Shown piece by piece: positions 19,134-30,807 of a stretch of DNA of 54,689 bases. Positions within the stretch are counted from its first letter, which is position 1; the number at the start of each line of letters is the position of its first letter. The position numbers and the translations under genes were made by a program. The DNA is taken from the NCBI GenBank assembly GCA_033762915.1, contig JANRLD010000066.1:1-54689 (forward strand). The letters are read 5' to 3'. The stretch is from Meiothermus sp. (lineage in GTDB: Bacteria > Deinococcota > Deinococci > Deinococcales > Thermaceae). Under the pieces are notes generated by a model, which was not told the DNA's origin, ran no database searches, and saw only the letters and a program-made list of their open reading frames with translations.

Positions 19134-19964
19134 TCAAGCCGGGCCGCTGTCGCGCAGTGGGCTGTGCTCGAGGCGGCCCGACTCAATCATCCCCCGGATC
19201 AGTCCGTAGGCGGCCCGGCGCCTGGGGTCGGGGTCGAGGCGCAGGCGCAGGGCGGCCTCGACCCCGACCGCCTTAAGGTGCAGCCCATGCAGCCAAGGGA
19301 GGTAGTCTCGAGTCAGCAGCAGCCCGCCCCGCACCCCCTCGGCCAGGAATCGGGGATCGCCGGGGGTGGAGGCCCCGCCCAGGTGCAGCACCCGGCGCGG
19401 CACCAGCAGCGACCGCCAGCCCCGCCGCCGCGCCCGCCAGCACCACTCGACCTCCTCGTTGTAGAAGAACAGCCGCTCGTCCATGCCGCCGAAGTCCTGG
19501 TAGGCCCCCCGGCGCACCATCATGACCGCGCCCGAGACCCACCCTACGCCCCGAGGCCCCCGCAGATTCCAGCGGTACAGGTCGAACAGCCCGAAGGACT
19601 GGTAGCTGCCCTGGGGCGTGACCAGGGTTGGCCCCGCGAAGGCCGCGCGGGGGTCGGCGGCCAGTGCGGCCTGGAGCGCCTCGAGGTCGCCTGTTTCCAG
19701 GTAGATGTCGCTGTTCATCTGCACCAGCCACTCCCCCCCGGCCCACTCGAGGCCCCGGTTGACCGCGAAGGGGTAGCCCCGGTTCTCGATCTGGCGCAGC
19801 CGCACACGGGGAAAGTCCCGGCCCACCATTTCCGGGCTGCCGTCGCTCGAGGCCGCGTCCACCACGATGACTTCAGCCCCGGGGTAGTGGCGCTCGAGGC
19901 GGCCAAGGCACTCCGCCAAGACGGCGCGGGTGTTGTGGGAGACGACGACGACGGAGAGCTTCAT
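19134..19964 (-). CDS. Glycosyltransferase family 2 (rhamnosyltransferase-like)
   Basis: SVVVVSHN, VVDAASSDGS, NSD, WVSGA and DERLFFYNEE motifs. Confidence 0.9.
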   Translation of the reverse strand: MKLSVVVVSHNTRAVLAECLGRLERHYPGAEVIVVDAASSDGSPEMVGRDFPRVRLRQIENRGYPFAVNRGLEWAGGEWLVQMNSDIYLETGDLEALQAALAADPRAAFAGPTLVTPQGSYQSFGLFDLYRWNLRGPRGVGWVSGAVMMVRRGAYQDFGGMDERLFFYNEEVEWCWRARRRGWRSLLVPRRVLHLGGASTPGDPRFLAEGVRGGLLLTRDYLPWLHGLHLKAVGVEAALRLRLDPDPRRRAAYGLIRGMIESGRLEHSPLRDSGPA

Positions 19965-20041
19965 GGGAGCGGGGTCGGGGGGTCTAGAGCCGGAAGGCGG
20001 GCAAGGTAGGGTTTGGCTCCTGACCTTTATGCTAAATCACG

Positions 20042-20770
20042 ATGAGCCGAATCCTACTCACCGGAGGCAGCGGGCGCCTGGGTACAGCGCTAAGGGGCCT
20101 GATGCCAGGGATTAGCGCACCCACCAGGGCCGAGATGGACCTCACCGACCCCGCCAGCGTCCGCGCCGCCCTCGAGGCCCACCAGCCCGAAGTTGTCGTC
20201 CACGCCGCCGCCTACACCAACGTGGCGGGGGCCGAGACCGAGCGCCAGGCCTGCTGGCGGGCCAACGTGGAGGGCACCCGCAACCTGGTCCGGGCCGCGC
20301 TGGGCAGGGAGTTGCGCTTCGTCCACATCTCCACCGACTACGTTTTCTGGGGCGACACAGGCGGCTACAAGGAGGACGACCCCCCCGGGCCGGTGCGCAA
20401 CTATTACGCCCTGACCAAGCTAGTGGCCGAGGAGAGTGTGCGGGTCCTGCCAAACCACCTAGTCATCCGCACCAGCTTCCGCCCCTCCCCTTTCCCCTAC
20501 CCGGTGGCTTTCGACGACATGTACACGGGGCAGGACTACCTCGAGGTCATCGCCCCCAAGATCGCCCTGGCGCTAAACAACCTGGGCCGCATCCCCTTCG
20601 ACACCCTGCACATCCTGACCGGGCGCAAGTCGGTGTACGAACTGGCCCGCCAGACCCGCCCCGACGTACAGGCCAGCAGCCGCAGCACGTCCAAGGTCGA
20701 ACTCCCCCAGGACATCTCGCTGGACATTGGGCGCTGGGCCAGGCTCGAGGCGGAGTTCTCGAGTCCCTAG
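20042..20770 (+). CDS. rfbD: dTDP-4-dehydrorhamnose reductase
   Basis: GGSGRLG, HAAAYTNV, ISTDYVF and YALTK motifs; heads the rml cluster. Confidence 0.85.
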   Translation: MSRILLTGGSGRLGTALRGLMPGISAPTRAEMDLTDPASVRAALEAHQPEVVVHAAAYTNVAGAETERQACWRANVEGTRNLVRAALGRELRFVHISTDYVFWGDTGGYKEDDPPGPVRNYYALTKLVAEESVRVLPNHLVIRTSFRPSPFPYPVAFDDMYTGQDYLEVIAPKIALALNNLGRIPFDTLHILTGRKSVYELARQTRPDVQASSRSTSKVELPQDISLDIGRWARLEAEFSSP

Positions 20771-20833
20771 CCCGGCAAACCATCCGACCCCCGTCCGGCG
20801 GTTATGATGGCGGCTGGGTTTTGGAGGACGAAC

Positions 20834-21907
20834 GTGATTAAGGGGTTGATTCTTTCGGGAGGCAAGGGCACCCGGCTGAGGCCGCTGACCTTCACCCGGG
20901 CCAAGCAGTTAATCCCCATCGGGGGCAAGCCCAACCTGTTCTACGTGGTCGAAGATCTGGTGGCGGCGGGTGTGCGGGAGATCGGGGTGATCATCAGCCC
21001 GGAGACCGGCGAGGAGGTCAAGCAGGCCCTTGGCTCGGGCGAACGCTTCGGGGCCAGCCTTACCTTCATCCTGCAGGAGCGCCCCGCCGGAATCGCCGAC
21101 GCGGTACGCACCGCCCGGCCGTTTCTGGGGGAGTCGCCCTTCGTGCTTTACCTGGGCGACAACCTGCTCTCGGGGGGTATAGAGCACCTGGTGAAGGAGT
21201 ACAACCAGACCAGTCCCGAGGCCATCGTGCTGCTGACCCCGGTGGACGACCCCCGCGCCTTTGGGGTGGCGGTTTTGGACACCGAGGGGCAGGTGGTTCG
21301 GCTGGTCGAAAAGCCCAAAGAGCCCCCCTCCAACCTGGCCCTGGTGGGGGTGTACCTGTTCAGCCCCGAAATTCACCAGGTCATCGCCAGACTAAAGCCC
21401 AGCTGGCGCGGCGAGTACGAGATCACCGAGGCCATCCAGGGACTGGTGGAAGGCCGCAAGCGGGTGGTGGCCCACACCGTGCGGGGCTGGTGGAAAGACA
21501 CCGGCAAGCCCGAAGACCTGCTGGACGCCAACCGGCTGGTGCTCTCACACCTCGAGCGCCGCATATCCGGCCACCTCGAGAACGCCCACATCCTGGGCGA
21601 GGTGGTGGTGGAGGCTGGGGCCAGGGTGGTCAATGCCACCGTGCGCGGCCCGGCCTACATCGGCCCAGACGCCCTGATCGAGAACGCCTACGTGGGGCCG
21701 TACACCGCCGTGGGGGCTGGGGCCAAGGTGCTGGGCAGCGAGGTGGAGTATTCCATCCTGCTCGACGGGGCCGAGGTGTGCAATCTGCCCTACCGCCTGG
21801 ACAGCAGCGTGCTGGGCCAGGGCGTGGTGGTGGACGGCTCCGGGCATGGACCCCGGCGCAACACCGTGCAGCTGGTGCTGGGCGACAGGAGCGTGATGAA
21901 GCTGTGA
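20834..21907 (+). CDS. rfbA: Glucose-1-phosphate thymidylyltransferase (long form)
   Basis: LSGGKGTRLRPLT, LGDN, EKP, RGEYEITE and WKDTG motifs; GGAGGA RBS. Confidence 0.93.
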   Translation: MIKGLILSGGKGTRLRPLTFTRAKQLIPIGGKPNLFYVVEDLVAAGVREIGVIISPETGEEVKQALGSGERFGASLTFILQERPAGIADAVRTARPFLGESPFVLYLGDNLLSGGIEHLVKEYNQTSPEAIVLLTPVDDPRAFGVAVLDTEGQVVRLVEKPKEPPSNLALVGVYLFSPEIHQVIARLKPSWRGEYEITEAIQGLVEGRKRVVAHTVRGWWKDTGKPEDLLDANRLVLSHLERRISGHLENAHILGEVVVEAGARVVNATVRGPAYIGPDALIENAYVGPYTAVGAGAKVLGSEVEYSILLDGAEVCNLPYRLDSSVLGQGVVVDGSGHGPRRNTVQLVLGDRSVMKL

Positions 21908-22494
21908 GCAAGAGGTCGAAGGTCGAAAGCTCGAGGTCGTCCGCCCTTAGCCCTCAGCCCTCAGGGCAAAAACTCGAGCCCGCCTCCCAGTCGGCCCTGT
22001 ACTTCCAGAACTACACGGCCCAGCCCGCGATTGAGGGGGTAACGCACACGCCCCTCAGGAAGCACCGCAGCCTCGAGGGCGCTTTCATGGAGTACCTGCG
22101 GCTGTCCGGCGGGGAGGTGGAGGGGCTGGGCTTCGAGGCCCGGCAAATCTCGGTCTCGTGGGCCGTGCCGGGGCGCGTCAACGCCTTCCACCTCCACCCC
22201 AAGCGCACCCAGGACGAGCTGTGGTGCGTGCTGCAAGGTGAATTGCTGGTCTGGCTGGTGGACGTGCGCGAGGGCTCGCCAACGCAGGGCAAGCGCCGCT
22301 CCTTCCTCCTCTCCGGCGAGGCCCCGGCGCTGCTGCACATCCCCACCGGCGTGGCCCACGGCTACCGGGCCGGGAGCAGCGGTGCGGTCCTGCTCTACGC
22401 CATGAACAGCCAGTTCGACCTCTCCGACCCCAACGAGGGCCGCCTGCCCTGGGACTTCTTCGGGGCGGACCTGTGGGCGGACGACAAGGGGTGA
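21904..22494 (+). CDS. rfbC: dTDP-4-dehydrorhamnose 3,5-epimerase family
   Basis: AFHLH, DVREGSPT and HIPTGVAHGY motifs. GTGA overlap; exact start uncertain. Confidence 0.85.
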   Translation: MSKRSKVESSRSSALSPQPSGQKLEPASQSALYFQNYTAQPAIEGVTHTPLRKHRSLEGAFMEYLRLSGGEVEGLGFEARQISVSWAVPGRVNAFHLHPKRTQDELWCVLQGELLVWLVDVREGSPTQGKRRSFLLSGEAPALLHIPTGVAHGYRAGSSGAVLLYAMNSQFDLSDPNEGRLPWDFFGADLWADDKG

Positions 22495-22608
22495 GGGCAG
22501 CGAGGTGCAGCAGAAGGCGGCCAGAGGCGGCGAAAAGCGGCCGTTAGCCATCAGGCTTCTCAAACACGCCATGCGCGGTTTTAGCAATACGCAATACGCG
22601 AGGTACTC

Positions 22609-23622
22609 ATGACCTTCAACAAAGTCCTGGTCACCGGCGGGGCGGGCTTCATCGGGGCCAACTACGTCCACTACGCCCTCGAGCAGCACCCCGACTGGCA
22701 GATCGTGGTGCTGGACAAGCTGACCTACGCGGGAAACCTCGAGAACCTCGAGGCCGTCAAAGACCGTATCCATTTCATCCAGGGCGACATCGCCAGCCCC
22801 GGGGACGCGGCCACGGCCCTCGAGGGCTGCGACGCGGTGCTAAACTTCGCTGCCGAGAGCCACGTGGACCGCAGCCTGATCGAGCCTGGTGCCTTCGTGC
22901 GCACCAACGTGGAGGGGACACTGGTGCTGCTGGAGGCCGCCCGCAAGGCGGGGGTGCGGCGCTTTTTGCACGTCTCCACCGACGAGGTCTACGGCGACCT
23001 GCACGGCTCAGATCACCACTCCCTCGAGACCGACCCCTTCCGCCCCCGCTCGCCCTACTCGGCCTCCAAGGCGGGCGCGGAGCACCTGGTCTTCGCCCAC
23101 GGCATCTCGCACGGGATGGACGTGGTGATCACCCGCGGCTCCAACACCTACGGCCCCTACCAGTACCCCGAGAAGATCATCCCGCTGTTTATCACCAATG
23201 CCTTGGAAGACAGGCCCCTGCCCCTCTACGGCGACGGCTCGGCCATACGCGACTACATGCACGCCCACGACCACGCCTCGGGCATAGACACCGTGCTGCA
23301 CAAGGGCCAGACGGGCGAGGCGTACAATCTGGGGGCGCGGGAGCAGGTCACCGGGCTCGAGGTGGCCGAGGGCGTCCTGGCCGCGCTGGGCAAGCCCCAG
23401 TCCCTCAAGCAGTTCGTCAAGGACCGGCCCGGCCACGACTACCGCTACTCGGTAGACCCCTCCAAGGCCGAGGCCCTGGGCTGGGTGCGGGAGTACCCCT
23501 TCCTCAGCAAGGGCTTACTCGAGACGGTAGAGTGGTATGGGCAGAACCAGGGCTGGTGGCGGCGGGTGCGAGAGAAAAAGGCCCACCAAGACTTGATGCA
23601 GGGCTGGTACGCGAACCGATGA
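22609..23622 (+). CDS. rfbB: dTDP-glucose 4,6-dehydratase
   Basis: GGAGFIG, DKLTYAGN, AAESHVDRS, STDEVYG, YSASK and DRPGHD motifs. Confidence 0.96.
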   Translation: MTFNKVLVTGGAGFIGANYVHYALEQHPDWQIVVLDKLTYAGNLENLEAVKDRIHFIQGDIASPGDAATALEGCDAVLNFAAESHVDRSLIEPGAFVRTNVEGTLVLLEAARKAGVRRFLHVSTDEVYGDLHGSDHHSLETDPFRPRSPYSASKAGAEHLVFAHGISHGMDVVITRGSNTYGPYQYPEKIIPLFITNALEDRPLPLYGDGSAIRDYMHAHDHASGIDTVLHKGQTGEAYNLGAREQVTGLEVAEGVLAALGKPQSLKQFVKDRPGHDYRYSVDPSKAEALGWVREYPFLSKGLLETVEWYGQNQGWWRRVREKKAHQDLMQGWYANR

Positions 23623-25019
23623 TCACGATAATCCTTTCCGGCGGGGCCGGTACACGCTTGTGGCCTGTCTCGAGGGAGCTTTACCCGAAGCCCTTCATGC
23701 GCCTGCCTGATGGTCAGAGTCTGCTGCAAAAGGCCTTTTTGCGGGCGGTCAAGCTGGGCTCGCAGACTGTGCTCACCGTGACCAGACAGGAGTACTTCTT
23801 CAGCAGCCAAAACGAGTACCGTGAGCTGGGCCTAGAAGGCGTCGAAACGCCGTTTATCCTCGAGCCCCTCCGCCGCAACACCGCTCCCGCCATCGCGATG
23901 GCGGCCTTCTGGGTAGCCGCGCGCAACCCCGACGAAACCTTGCTGGTGCTGTCCTCCGATCAGCTGATCCAGAACCAGGCCACCTTCGCTGAGGCGGTGG
24001 ATAGGGCTAAGGAGGCAGCGGAGCAAAGCTACCTGGTCACCTTCGGGATTCAACCCGCCTATCCCGCCACCAGCTTCGGCTACATTGAGCAGGGCGAATC
24101 ACTGGGCAATGGGGCTTTCGCGGTCAGACGCTTTGTGGAAAAGCCCAACCAGGAAACCGCTCAGACCTACCTGGACTCCGGTCGCTACCACTGGAACGCG
24201 GGCATCTTCTGCTTCAAAGCCGGGGTCTTCCTGCAGACCCTCGAGCAGACTTCACCTGAAATCTACCGGGCCGCCAAGGCCTGCTGGGAGGGGAGTGCCA
24301 AGTCAGAGCCCTTGTACCTGGACACCACCTTGTTCAAGCAAATCCCCAGCGACTCGGTGGACTACGCGGTGATGGAAAAGGCCCCCAGGGTCGCGGTGGT
24401 GCCGGCCGACCTTGGCTGGAGCGACCTCGGCTCCTGGGACGCCACCGCCGCCCTTCTACCCCCCGACGCACAGGGTAACCGGGTCTTCGGCGAGGCGGTG
24501 CTGATCGAAACCGAGAACACCTTCGTGCAGACTGAGGACCGGGTGGTGGCGGTGATCGGGGCCAGGGATCTGGTGATCGTGGACACCCCGGACGCCCTTC
24601 TGGTGGCGAGGCGCGACCGCGTTCAGGAGGTGAAAAAGGTGGTCGAGCAACTTAGCGCCACCCGCCACGACACCGTGCGTAAGCACCGCACCATCCAACG
24701 GCCCTGGGGAAGCTATACGACCCTCGAGGAGGCCGCCGGCTTCAAGATCCGCCGCATGGTGGTGCGCCCCGGCGGCAGCCTGACCCGCCACCTGCACTAC
24801 CACCGCTCGGAACACTGGACGGTGCTCTCGGGAGTGGCTAAGGTCGGCCTGGGGGAGGTCACCAAGCTGGTGTGCCCCAATGAGTCAGTCAGCGTACTAT
24901 CGGGCGTAGAGCATCAGATATCCAACCCCGGCTTGCTGGACTTGGTGGTGATCGAGGTGCAGAGCGGCAGCTATCTGGGCGAGGACGACCTGGTGCTCGC
25001 CGAGGAAGCTATGGGATAG
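23619..25019 (+). CDS. manC: Mannose-1-phosphate guanylyltransferase / mannose-6-phosphate isomerase
   Basis: LSGGAGTRLWPVSR, EP.RRNTAPA, FVEKP, WSDLGSW and cupin RPWGSY...HRSEHW. Confidence 0.94.
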   Translation: MITIILSGGAGTRLWPVSRELYPKPFMRLPDGQSLLQKAFLRAVKLGSQTVLTVTRQEYFFSSQNEYRELGLEGVETPFILEPLRRNTAPAIAMAAFWVAARNPDETLLVLSSDQLIQNQATFAEAVDRAKEAAEQSYLVTFGIQPAYPATSFGYIEQGESLGNGAFAVRRFVEKPNQETAQTYLDSGRYHWNAGIFCFKAGVFLQTLEQTSPEIYRAAKACWEGSAKSEPLYLDTTLFKQIPSDSVDYAVMEKAPRVAVVPADLGWSDLGSWDATAALLPPDAQGNRVFGEAVLIETENTFVQTEDRVVAVIGARDLVIVDTPDALLVARRDRVQEVKKVVEQLSATRHDTVRKHRTIQRPWGSYTTLEEAAGFKIRRMVVRPGGSLTRHLHYHRSEHWTVLSGVAKVGLGEVTKLVCPNESVSVLSGVEHQISNPGLLDLVVIEVQSGSYLGEDDLVLAEEAMG

Positions 25020-25026
25020 ACTGTAG

Positions 25027-26136
<1,110 letters not shown>

Positions 26137-26139
26137 ATT

Positions 26140-27555
26140 GTGGAGTCTGAATCCGTTAACTCTACCCAAATCGCCCGTAGTGCGGCTCGAGGAGCCGTCG
26201 CGCTAGGTATAAGACAGCTATTGGTTCAGGGTTCCAACGTTGCAACTGGCATAGTATTGGCGCGCATCTTGGCCCCCTCAGAGTTTGCGCTGTGGGGGAT
26301 AATTACATTTGTACTCTCTTTCCTTATCGCCTTTGGGGACGCTGGACTGGCAGCCAGCTTGGTGCGGCAGCAAAAAGAACCGCATGAGCGGGACTATCAG
26401 GCTATCTTTACTGTGCAGCAGATACTGGTACTGGGCGTTGCGGCTGTGTTCTGGTTGTTGGCTCCTTGGATAGCCGAACTATACAAACTATCCCCACAAG
26501 ATGTTTGGGTTTTCCGCTTTGTGGCAGTTGCTCTAGTGTTAACTTCCCTAATGGTCATTCCACAGGCCAAGCTTGAGCGCAACCTAGCCTTTGACAAACT
26601 CGCAGTGGTCGAGGTCTCTCAGGCTCTGGTATACAATGTTTCAACCATCCTCTTGGCATTAAACGGCATGGGAGCGCTCAGTTTTGGACTAGCCCTTTTG
26701 TTGCGCTCATTGACTGGGGCTGTTTTAGCCTACTGGGTTTCACCTTGGCACTTAAGGCTGATCTGGGACTGGGGGCGGGTGCAACCTCATCTAGCTTTTG
26801 GACTGCCATTTCAGGGCAGCAAGCTGGTCAACCTACTCAAAGACTTGATTAGTCCTACATTCTTCGTCCTCTATGTTGGAACTACCGCAGTTGGGTATAT
26901 AAACTGGGCAACGATGGTGACCAACTACCCATTGTTAGCCGTAACACTGCTCCAACGACTTTACTTGCCAGTATTTGCTCGACTCGCAGGCCGCACAGAG
27001 TTCAATCAGGCTTTACACCGCATTGTTACCGTAATTTTGCTGCTGGTATACGTGGCAAGTCTCTTGGTGTTTGTTTTCCGACGTGAAATCACGACATCTG
27101 TTTTTGGCGAGCAGTGGCTCGAGGCTCTGGTAGTTGTTCCACCCCTCATACTGATCAGTTTTATCCTGGCACCGGCCATCATAGCCATGAGTGCTCTTAA
27201 CGCTTTGGGCTACTCTCGAACAGTGTTTCTGACCAACATAAGTGTTGCAGTCGCAACTTGGCTTATCGGAACCCTGTCCATCATGCAATTCGGCTGGCAA
27301 GGCTGGGGATGGGCCAATTTTGCGATTCATTGCCTCTACTTGCCTCTTCTAAGCTTCGTAAGCCGACGCACAGGCTTCAACTGGTGGCCCAGTCTCATCT
27401 ACCCGATCCTTATTGCGACAGGAGCGGCCTTGGTGGGGGCTATTGCCAAAACCATTATGCCGTGGTGGGTAGCACTCGGCTTGAGCTTGTTCGCAGCAGT
27501 GGTACTTTCCCACAGAGTCTGGCTGGAAGCCCTAAAGCTGACAAGGAATAGATAA
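26140..27555 (+). CDS. wzx: Oligosaccharide flippase
   Basis: ~12 TM helices, ARILAPSEF and DAGL motifs of the PST family; within the polysaccharide locus. Confidence 0.85.
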   Translation: MESESVNSTQIARSAARGAVALGIRQLLVQGSNVATGIVLARILAPSEFALWGIITFVLSFLIAFGDAGLAASLVRQQKEPHERDYQAIFTVQQILVLGVAAVFWLLAPWIAELYKLSPQDVWVFRFVAVALVLTSLMVIPQAKLERNLAFDKLAVVEVSQALVYNVSTILLALNGMGALSFGLALLLRSLTGAVLAYWVSPWHLRLIWDWGRVQPHLAFGLPFQGSKLVNLLKDLISPTFFVLYVGTTAVGYINWATMVTNYPLLAVTLLQRLYLPVFARLAGRTEFNQALHRIVTVILLLVYVASLLVFVFRREITTSVFGEQWLEALVVVPPLILISFILAPAIIAMSALNALGYSRTVFLTNISVAVATWLIGTLSIMQFGWQGWGWANFAIHCLYLPLLSFVSRRTGFNWWPSLIYPILIATGAALVGAIAKTIMPWWVALGLSLFAAVVLSHRVWLEALKLTRNR

Positions 27556-28649
27556 TGCAACGGGTCACTTTCATTCTTCCCACAGCGGGCGTAAGCCCCA
27601 TAGGTGGTTACAAGGTTGTTTATGAATATGCGTCCCGCTTGACTACACTGGGGTATCTGGTAACTGTGGTACATAGTGCTCGTTATTGGACAGACGACAA
27701 TGCTGTAGAGATTGCCAAAGGCTGGCTACGCTACCTCAAACGGAGGCTGGAGAATAGCTTTGGCCCGCAAAGATGGTTCAAATTACACCCTGAAGTTCGC
27801 TTACTGTGGGTACCCTCATTAAGCCCCTCATACATACCTGATGGAGACGTGGTTATCGCTACTGCTTGGCAGACTGCTGAGTGGGTATCAAAGTACCCCA
27901 GATCCAAAGGGAGGCAGTTCCATCTGCTGTACGACTATGAGCATTACAAGGTAGCTAGCTCCACTATGCGCCAACGGATTGCTCGGGCTTTAGCACTTGA
28001 CCTCGAAAAGATCGTGACATCGCCAGCAGTAGCACAGATGCTAGAGGAATGTTCGGTTGTGCACAATCCAAGGAACTACCTCTCTAATGGCATAGACCTG
28101 GATGTTTACTACACGGAACAAGACCTCGAGGGGCGTAGCTACATTGGTTTTCCGTCACGCCGCGAACCATTCAAGGGCACTAAAGATGCAATCCAGGCCC
28201 TGTCCATCTTGAGAACCCGGTTGATGGCCTCAGGTATAAAGATTTGGTCCTTTGGCACTATGAAACCTGAGGGTTTACCAGATTGGATTGAGTTTCATAC
28301 CTTCCCGTCAGACCAAAAACTCCGACAGTTGTATAATCAAACTTCCATTTTTATCCAACCTTCACACTTTGAGGGATGGGGATTACCTGGCGCAGAGGCT
28401 ATGGCCTGCGGGGCGGCACTTATTTCCACAGATAATGGTGGGGTCAGAGCGTATGCCGAACACGGAGTGACCGCACTTCTATGTCAACCTCAGCAACCTT
28501 CGGCAATCGCTCAAGCTGTTGTGCAACTGCTAGACGACCCAGGTCAAAAATTGAAGTTAGCCCAGAACGGCAACCGCCATATTCAAGGATTTACCTGGGA
28601 TAATGCAACTCAGAGGCTTACAGCAGTGATTTCCCGTAAGCTTAAGTAG
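27555..28649 (+). CDS. Glycosyltransferase family 4
   Basis: GGYKVVYEY and EGWGLPGAEAMACG (EX7E) motifs. Confidence 0.9.
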   Translation: MQRVTFILPTAGVSPIGGYKVVYEYASRLTTLGYLVTVVHSARYWTDDNAVEIAKGWLRYLKRRLENSFGPQRWFKLHPEVRLLWVPSLSPSYIPDGDVVIATAWQTAEWVSKYPRSKGRQFHLLYDYEHYKVASSTMRQRIARALALDLEKIVTSPAVAQMLEECSVVHNPRNYLSNGIDLDVYYTEQDLEGRSYIGFPSRREPFKGTKDAIQALSILRTRLMASGIKIWSFGTMKPEGLPDWIEFHTFPSDQKLRQLYNQTSIFIQPSHFEGWGLPGAEAMACGAALISTDNGGVRAYAEHGVTALLCQPQQPSAIAQAVVQLLDDPGQKLKLAQNGNRHIQGFTWDNATQRLTAVISRKLK

Positions 28650-28735
28650 GGGAGTCAAATGACGGAACCTGGCATCTTCAGTGTTATCAAAAATTGGCGG
28701 AGTGGCATGACACCCTTGACCTCGCAAAGAACCCT

Positions 28736-29878
28736 ATGAGTGAACCTCCAGCAGTCATCCTAATCACCGGCGGTCTCGGCTTTATCGGCCTCGAGTTGGC
28801 CAAGACCCTTGTCACAGGGGGGTACCGAGTCGTTCTGTTTGATAACCTTAGCCCGCAGATTCACGGGGCCATACCACAAGTTCAAAACCCTTTGTTCGAC
28901 AGGCCCAATATACATGTGGTGCGCGGCAGCATCAACGATCATGACACCCTCGAGCCGCTTCTACAAAAGGTCTCTGCGGTAGTCCACTTGGCCGCCGAAA
29001 CGGGTACGGGACAGTCTATGTATCAGATCGCCCACTATAATCAAATCAACACTCAGGGCACAGCCGTATTGCTTGATATTCTTGCCAATAAACCTCACTC
29101 GGTCAAAAAAGTGGTGCTGGCTTCCTCTAGGTCAATCTATGGCGAAGGAGCATACAAGAACCTTCAAACAGGCTCGCTCGAGTTCCCGCCTGCCCGTTCG
29201 CAAGAGGCCCTATTCGCCCATCAATGGGAACCTGTTGGCACGACCGGCCAGCCTCTTCAAGCTGTGGCGACGCCCGAAGATACCCCCCCCCGACCCGCGT
29301 CGATCTACGCGGCTACAAAATATGCACAGGAAGACTTGGTACGGATCGCATGTGGGTCTTTAGGAATCGGGTATACGGTTTTGCGCTTCCAGAACGTTTA
29401 CGGCAACGGACAGTCACTAAACAACCCTTATACCGGCATCCTTTCCATCTTTTCGACGAGAATCCGCAAGGGGTTGATGCTGCCCATCTTCGAGGACGGC
29501 AAAGAAACCCGCGATTTTGTGCACGTACGGGATGTTGTCAGCGCCATCCGCCTAAGCCTCGAGTCTGATCGTGCCAATGGACAGACCTTCAATGTGGGAT
29601 CGGGCATACCCACAAGCGTGTTTGACGTAGCCAGACTGCTGGTTAGAGCGCTCAAGGGTACCTCCGAAATTCGCACCACGGGTCAGTACCGATTGGGAGA
29701 CATACGGCATTGCTACGCTGACCTGACCCGCATTCGTGAGCGCCTTGGCTTTCAGCCCGAGGTCTCCCTCGAGCAGGGCATCGATGAGTTCGCCGGGTGG
29801 GTTCTGACCCAGACACTACCCGAAGACCGCCTCGAGCAAGCAAACCGAGAACTTATAGAACGCAAACTGATGGGGTGA
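28736..29878 (+). CDS. NAD-dependent epimerase/dehydratase (WbiB-like, possibly dTDP-L-rhamnose 4-epimerase)
   Basis: GGLGFIG, DNLSPQIHG, AAETGTGQSMY, YAATK and YRLGDIRH motifs. Confidence 0.8.
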   Translation: MSEPPAVILITGGLGFIGLELAKTLVTGGYRVVLFDNLSPQIHGAIPQVQNPLFDRPNIHVVRGSINDHDTLEPLLQKVSAVVHLAAETGTGQSMYQIAHYNQINTQGTAVLLDILANKPHSVKKVVLASSRSIYGEGAYKNLQTGSLEFPPARSQEALFAHQWEPVGTTGQPLQAVATPEDTPPRPASIYAATKYAQEDLVRIACGSLGIGYTVLRFQNVYGNGQSLNNPYTGILSIFSTRIRKGLMLPIFEDGKETRDFVHVRDVVSAIRLSLESDRANGQTFNVGSGIPTSVFDVARLLVRALKGTSEIRTTGQYRLGDIRHCYADLTRIRERLGFQPEVSLEQGIDEFAGWVLTQTLPEDRLEQANRELIERKLMG

Positions 29879-29881
29879 GGT

Positions 29882-30793
29882 ATGACTGGGCAGCCTAAAA
29901 TTGGTTTGGTTACTGTCACCTATAACAGCGCCAAGGTGATTCCTGGATTCATGGAGTCCTTACAGGCCCAAACTTATGCCAACTGGCAATTGATCGCGGT
30001 GGACAACCAATCCAAGGACTCGAGCGCTGAACTGCTACGGAGCTACGATGACGATCGAGTTACGATCATTTTCAATGAGGACAATATCGGGGTAGCAGCC
30101 GGCAACAACCAAGGTATACGAGAAGCCATTCAACAAGACTGCAAGTACATTGTCCTCATCAACAATGACACAGAGTTTCCAGCGAATTTGCTGGCCGAAA
30201 TGCTGCGTCGATTGCTCGAACTACAGTGCGATATGGTGGTTCCCAAAATGTACTACTACCAACCTAAGGATCGACTTTGGTTCGCAGGTGGGAAGTTCCG
30301 CCGATTTCTGTTCTGGCAAATTCGGCATATCGGTCTTGATCAAAACGATACGGGTTTGTTTAATCAAACTGTCCCGATCGACTACGCTCCCACCTGCTGC
30401 GTGCTGATGCCCTCACAGCTATTCGAGCAGGTCGGGCTGATGGATGAACAGTACTTTGTATATTACGACGATGTAGATTTTTTCCTGCGAGCCAACCGCA
30501 AAGGCTGTAAAACCTACTATTTGCCGCATATCCACCTTTACCACAAGGTTAGTTCGCTTTCCGGCGGCAACGAGTCAGAATGGGGACTATATATGCAGTC
30601 CCGCAACGCGATTCTCTTTTTGCGGAAAAACTACCCGGCTTTGCCACAAAAGCTGGGTTTGGTTGGCCAGCAGCTGTTTCTACTATTCAGGTTTATCTTG
30701 AAAAGAGATAATGCCAAGACCTTTGCGATACGTCAGCGTGGTTTGCGAGATGGTCTACGGATGCCTATAAACAGGATGCCTATAAACAGCTAG
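29882..30793 (+). CDS. Glycosyltransferase family 2
   Basis: VTVTYNS, VDNQSKD, LINND and DEQYFVYYDDVD motifs. Confidence 0.9.
   Translation: MTGQPKIGLVTVTYNSAKVIPGFMESLQAQTYANWQLIAVDNQSKDSSAELLRSYDDDRVTIIFNEDNIGVAAGNNQGIREAIQQDCKYIVLINNDTEFPANLLAEMLRRLLELQCDMVVPKMYYYQPKDRLWFAGGKFRRFLFWQIRHIGLDQNDTGLFNQTVPIDYAPTCCVLMPSQLFEQVGLMDEQYFVYYDDVDFFLRANRKGCKTYYLPHIHLYHKVSSLSGGNESEWGLYMQSRNAILFLRKNYPALPQKLGLVGQQLFLLFRFILKRDNAKTFAIRQRGLRDGLRMPINRMPINS
30759..30788 (+). repeat. 15-bp exact tandem duplication at the GT2 3' end
   Basis: GGATGCCTATAAACA x2, giving RMPINRMPIN. Confidence 0.9.
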
Positions 30794-30807
30794 AAGAGGG
30801 TCTGTTC

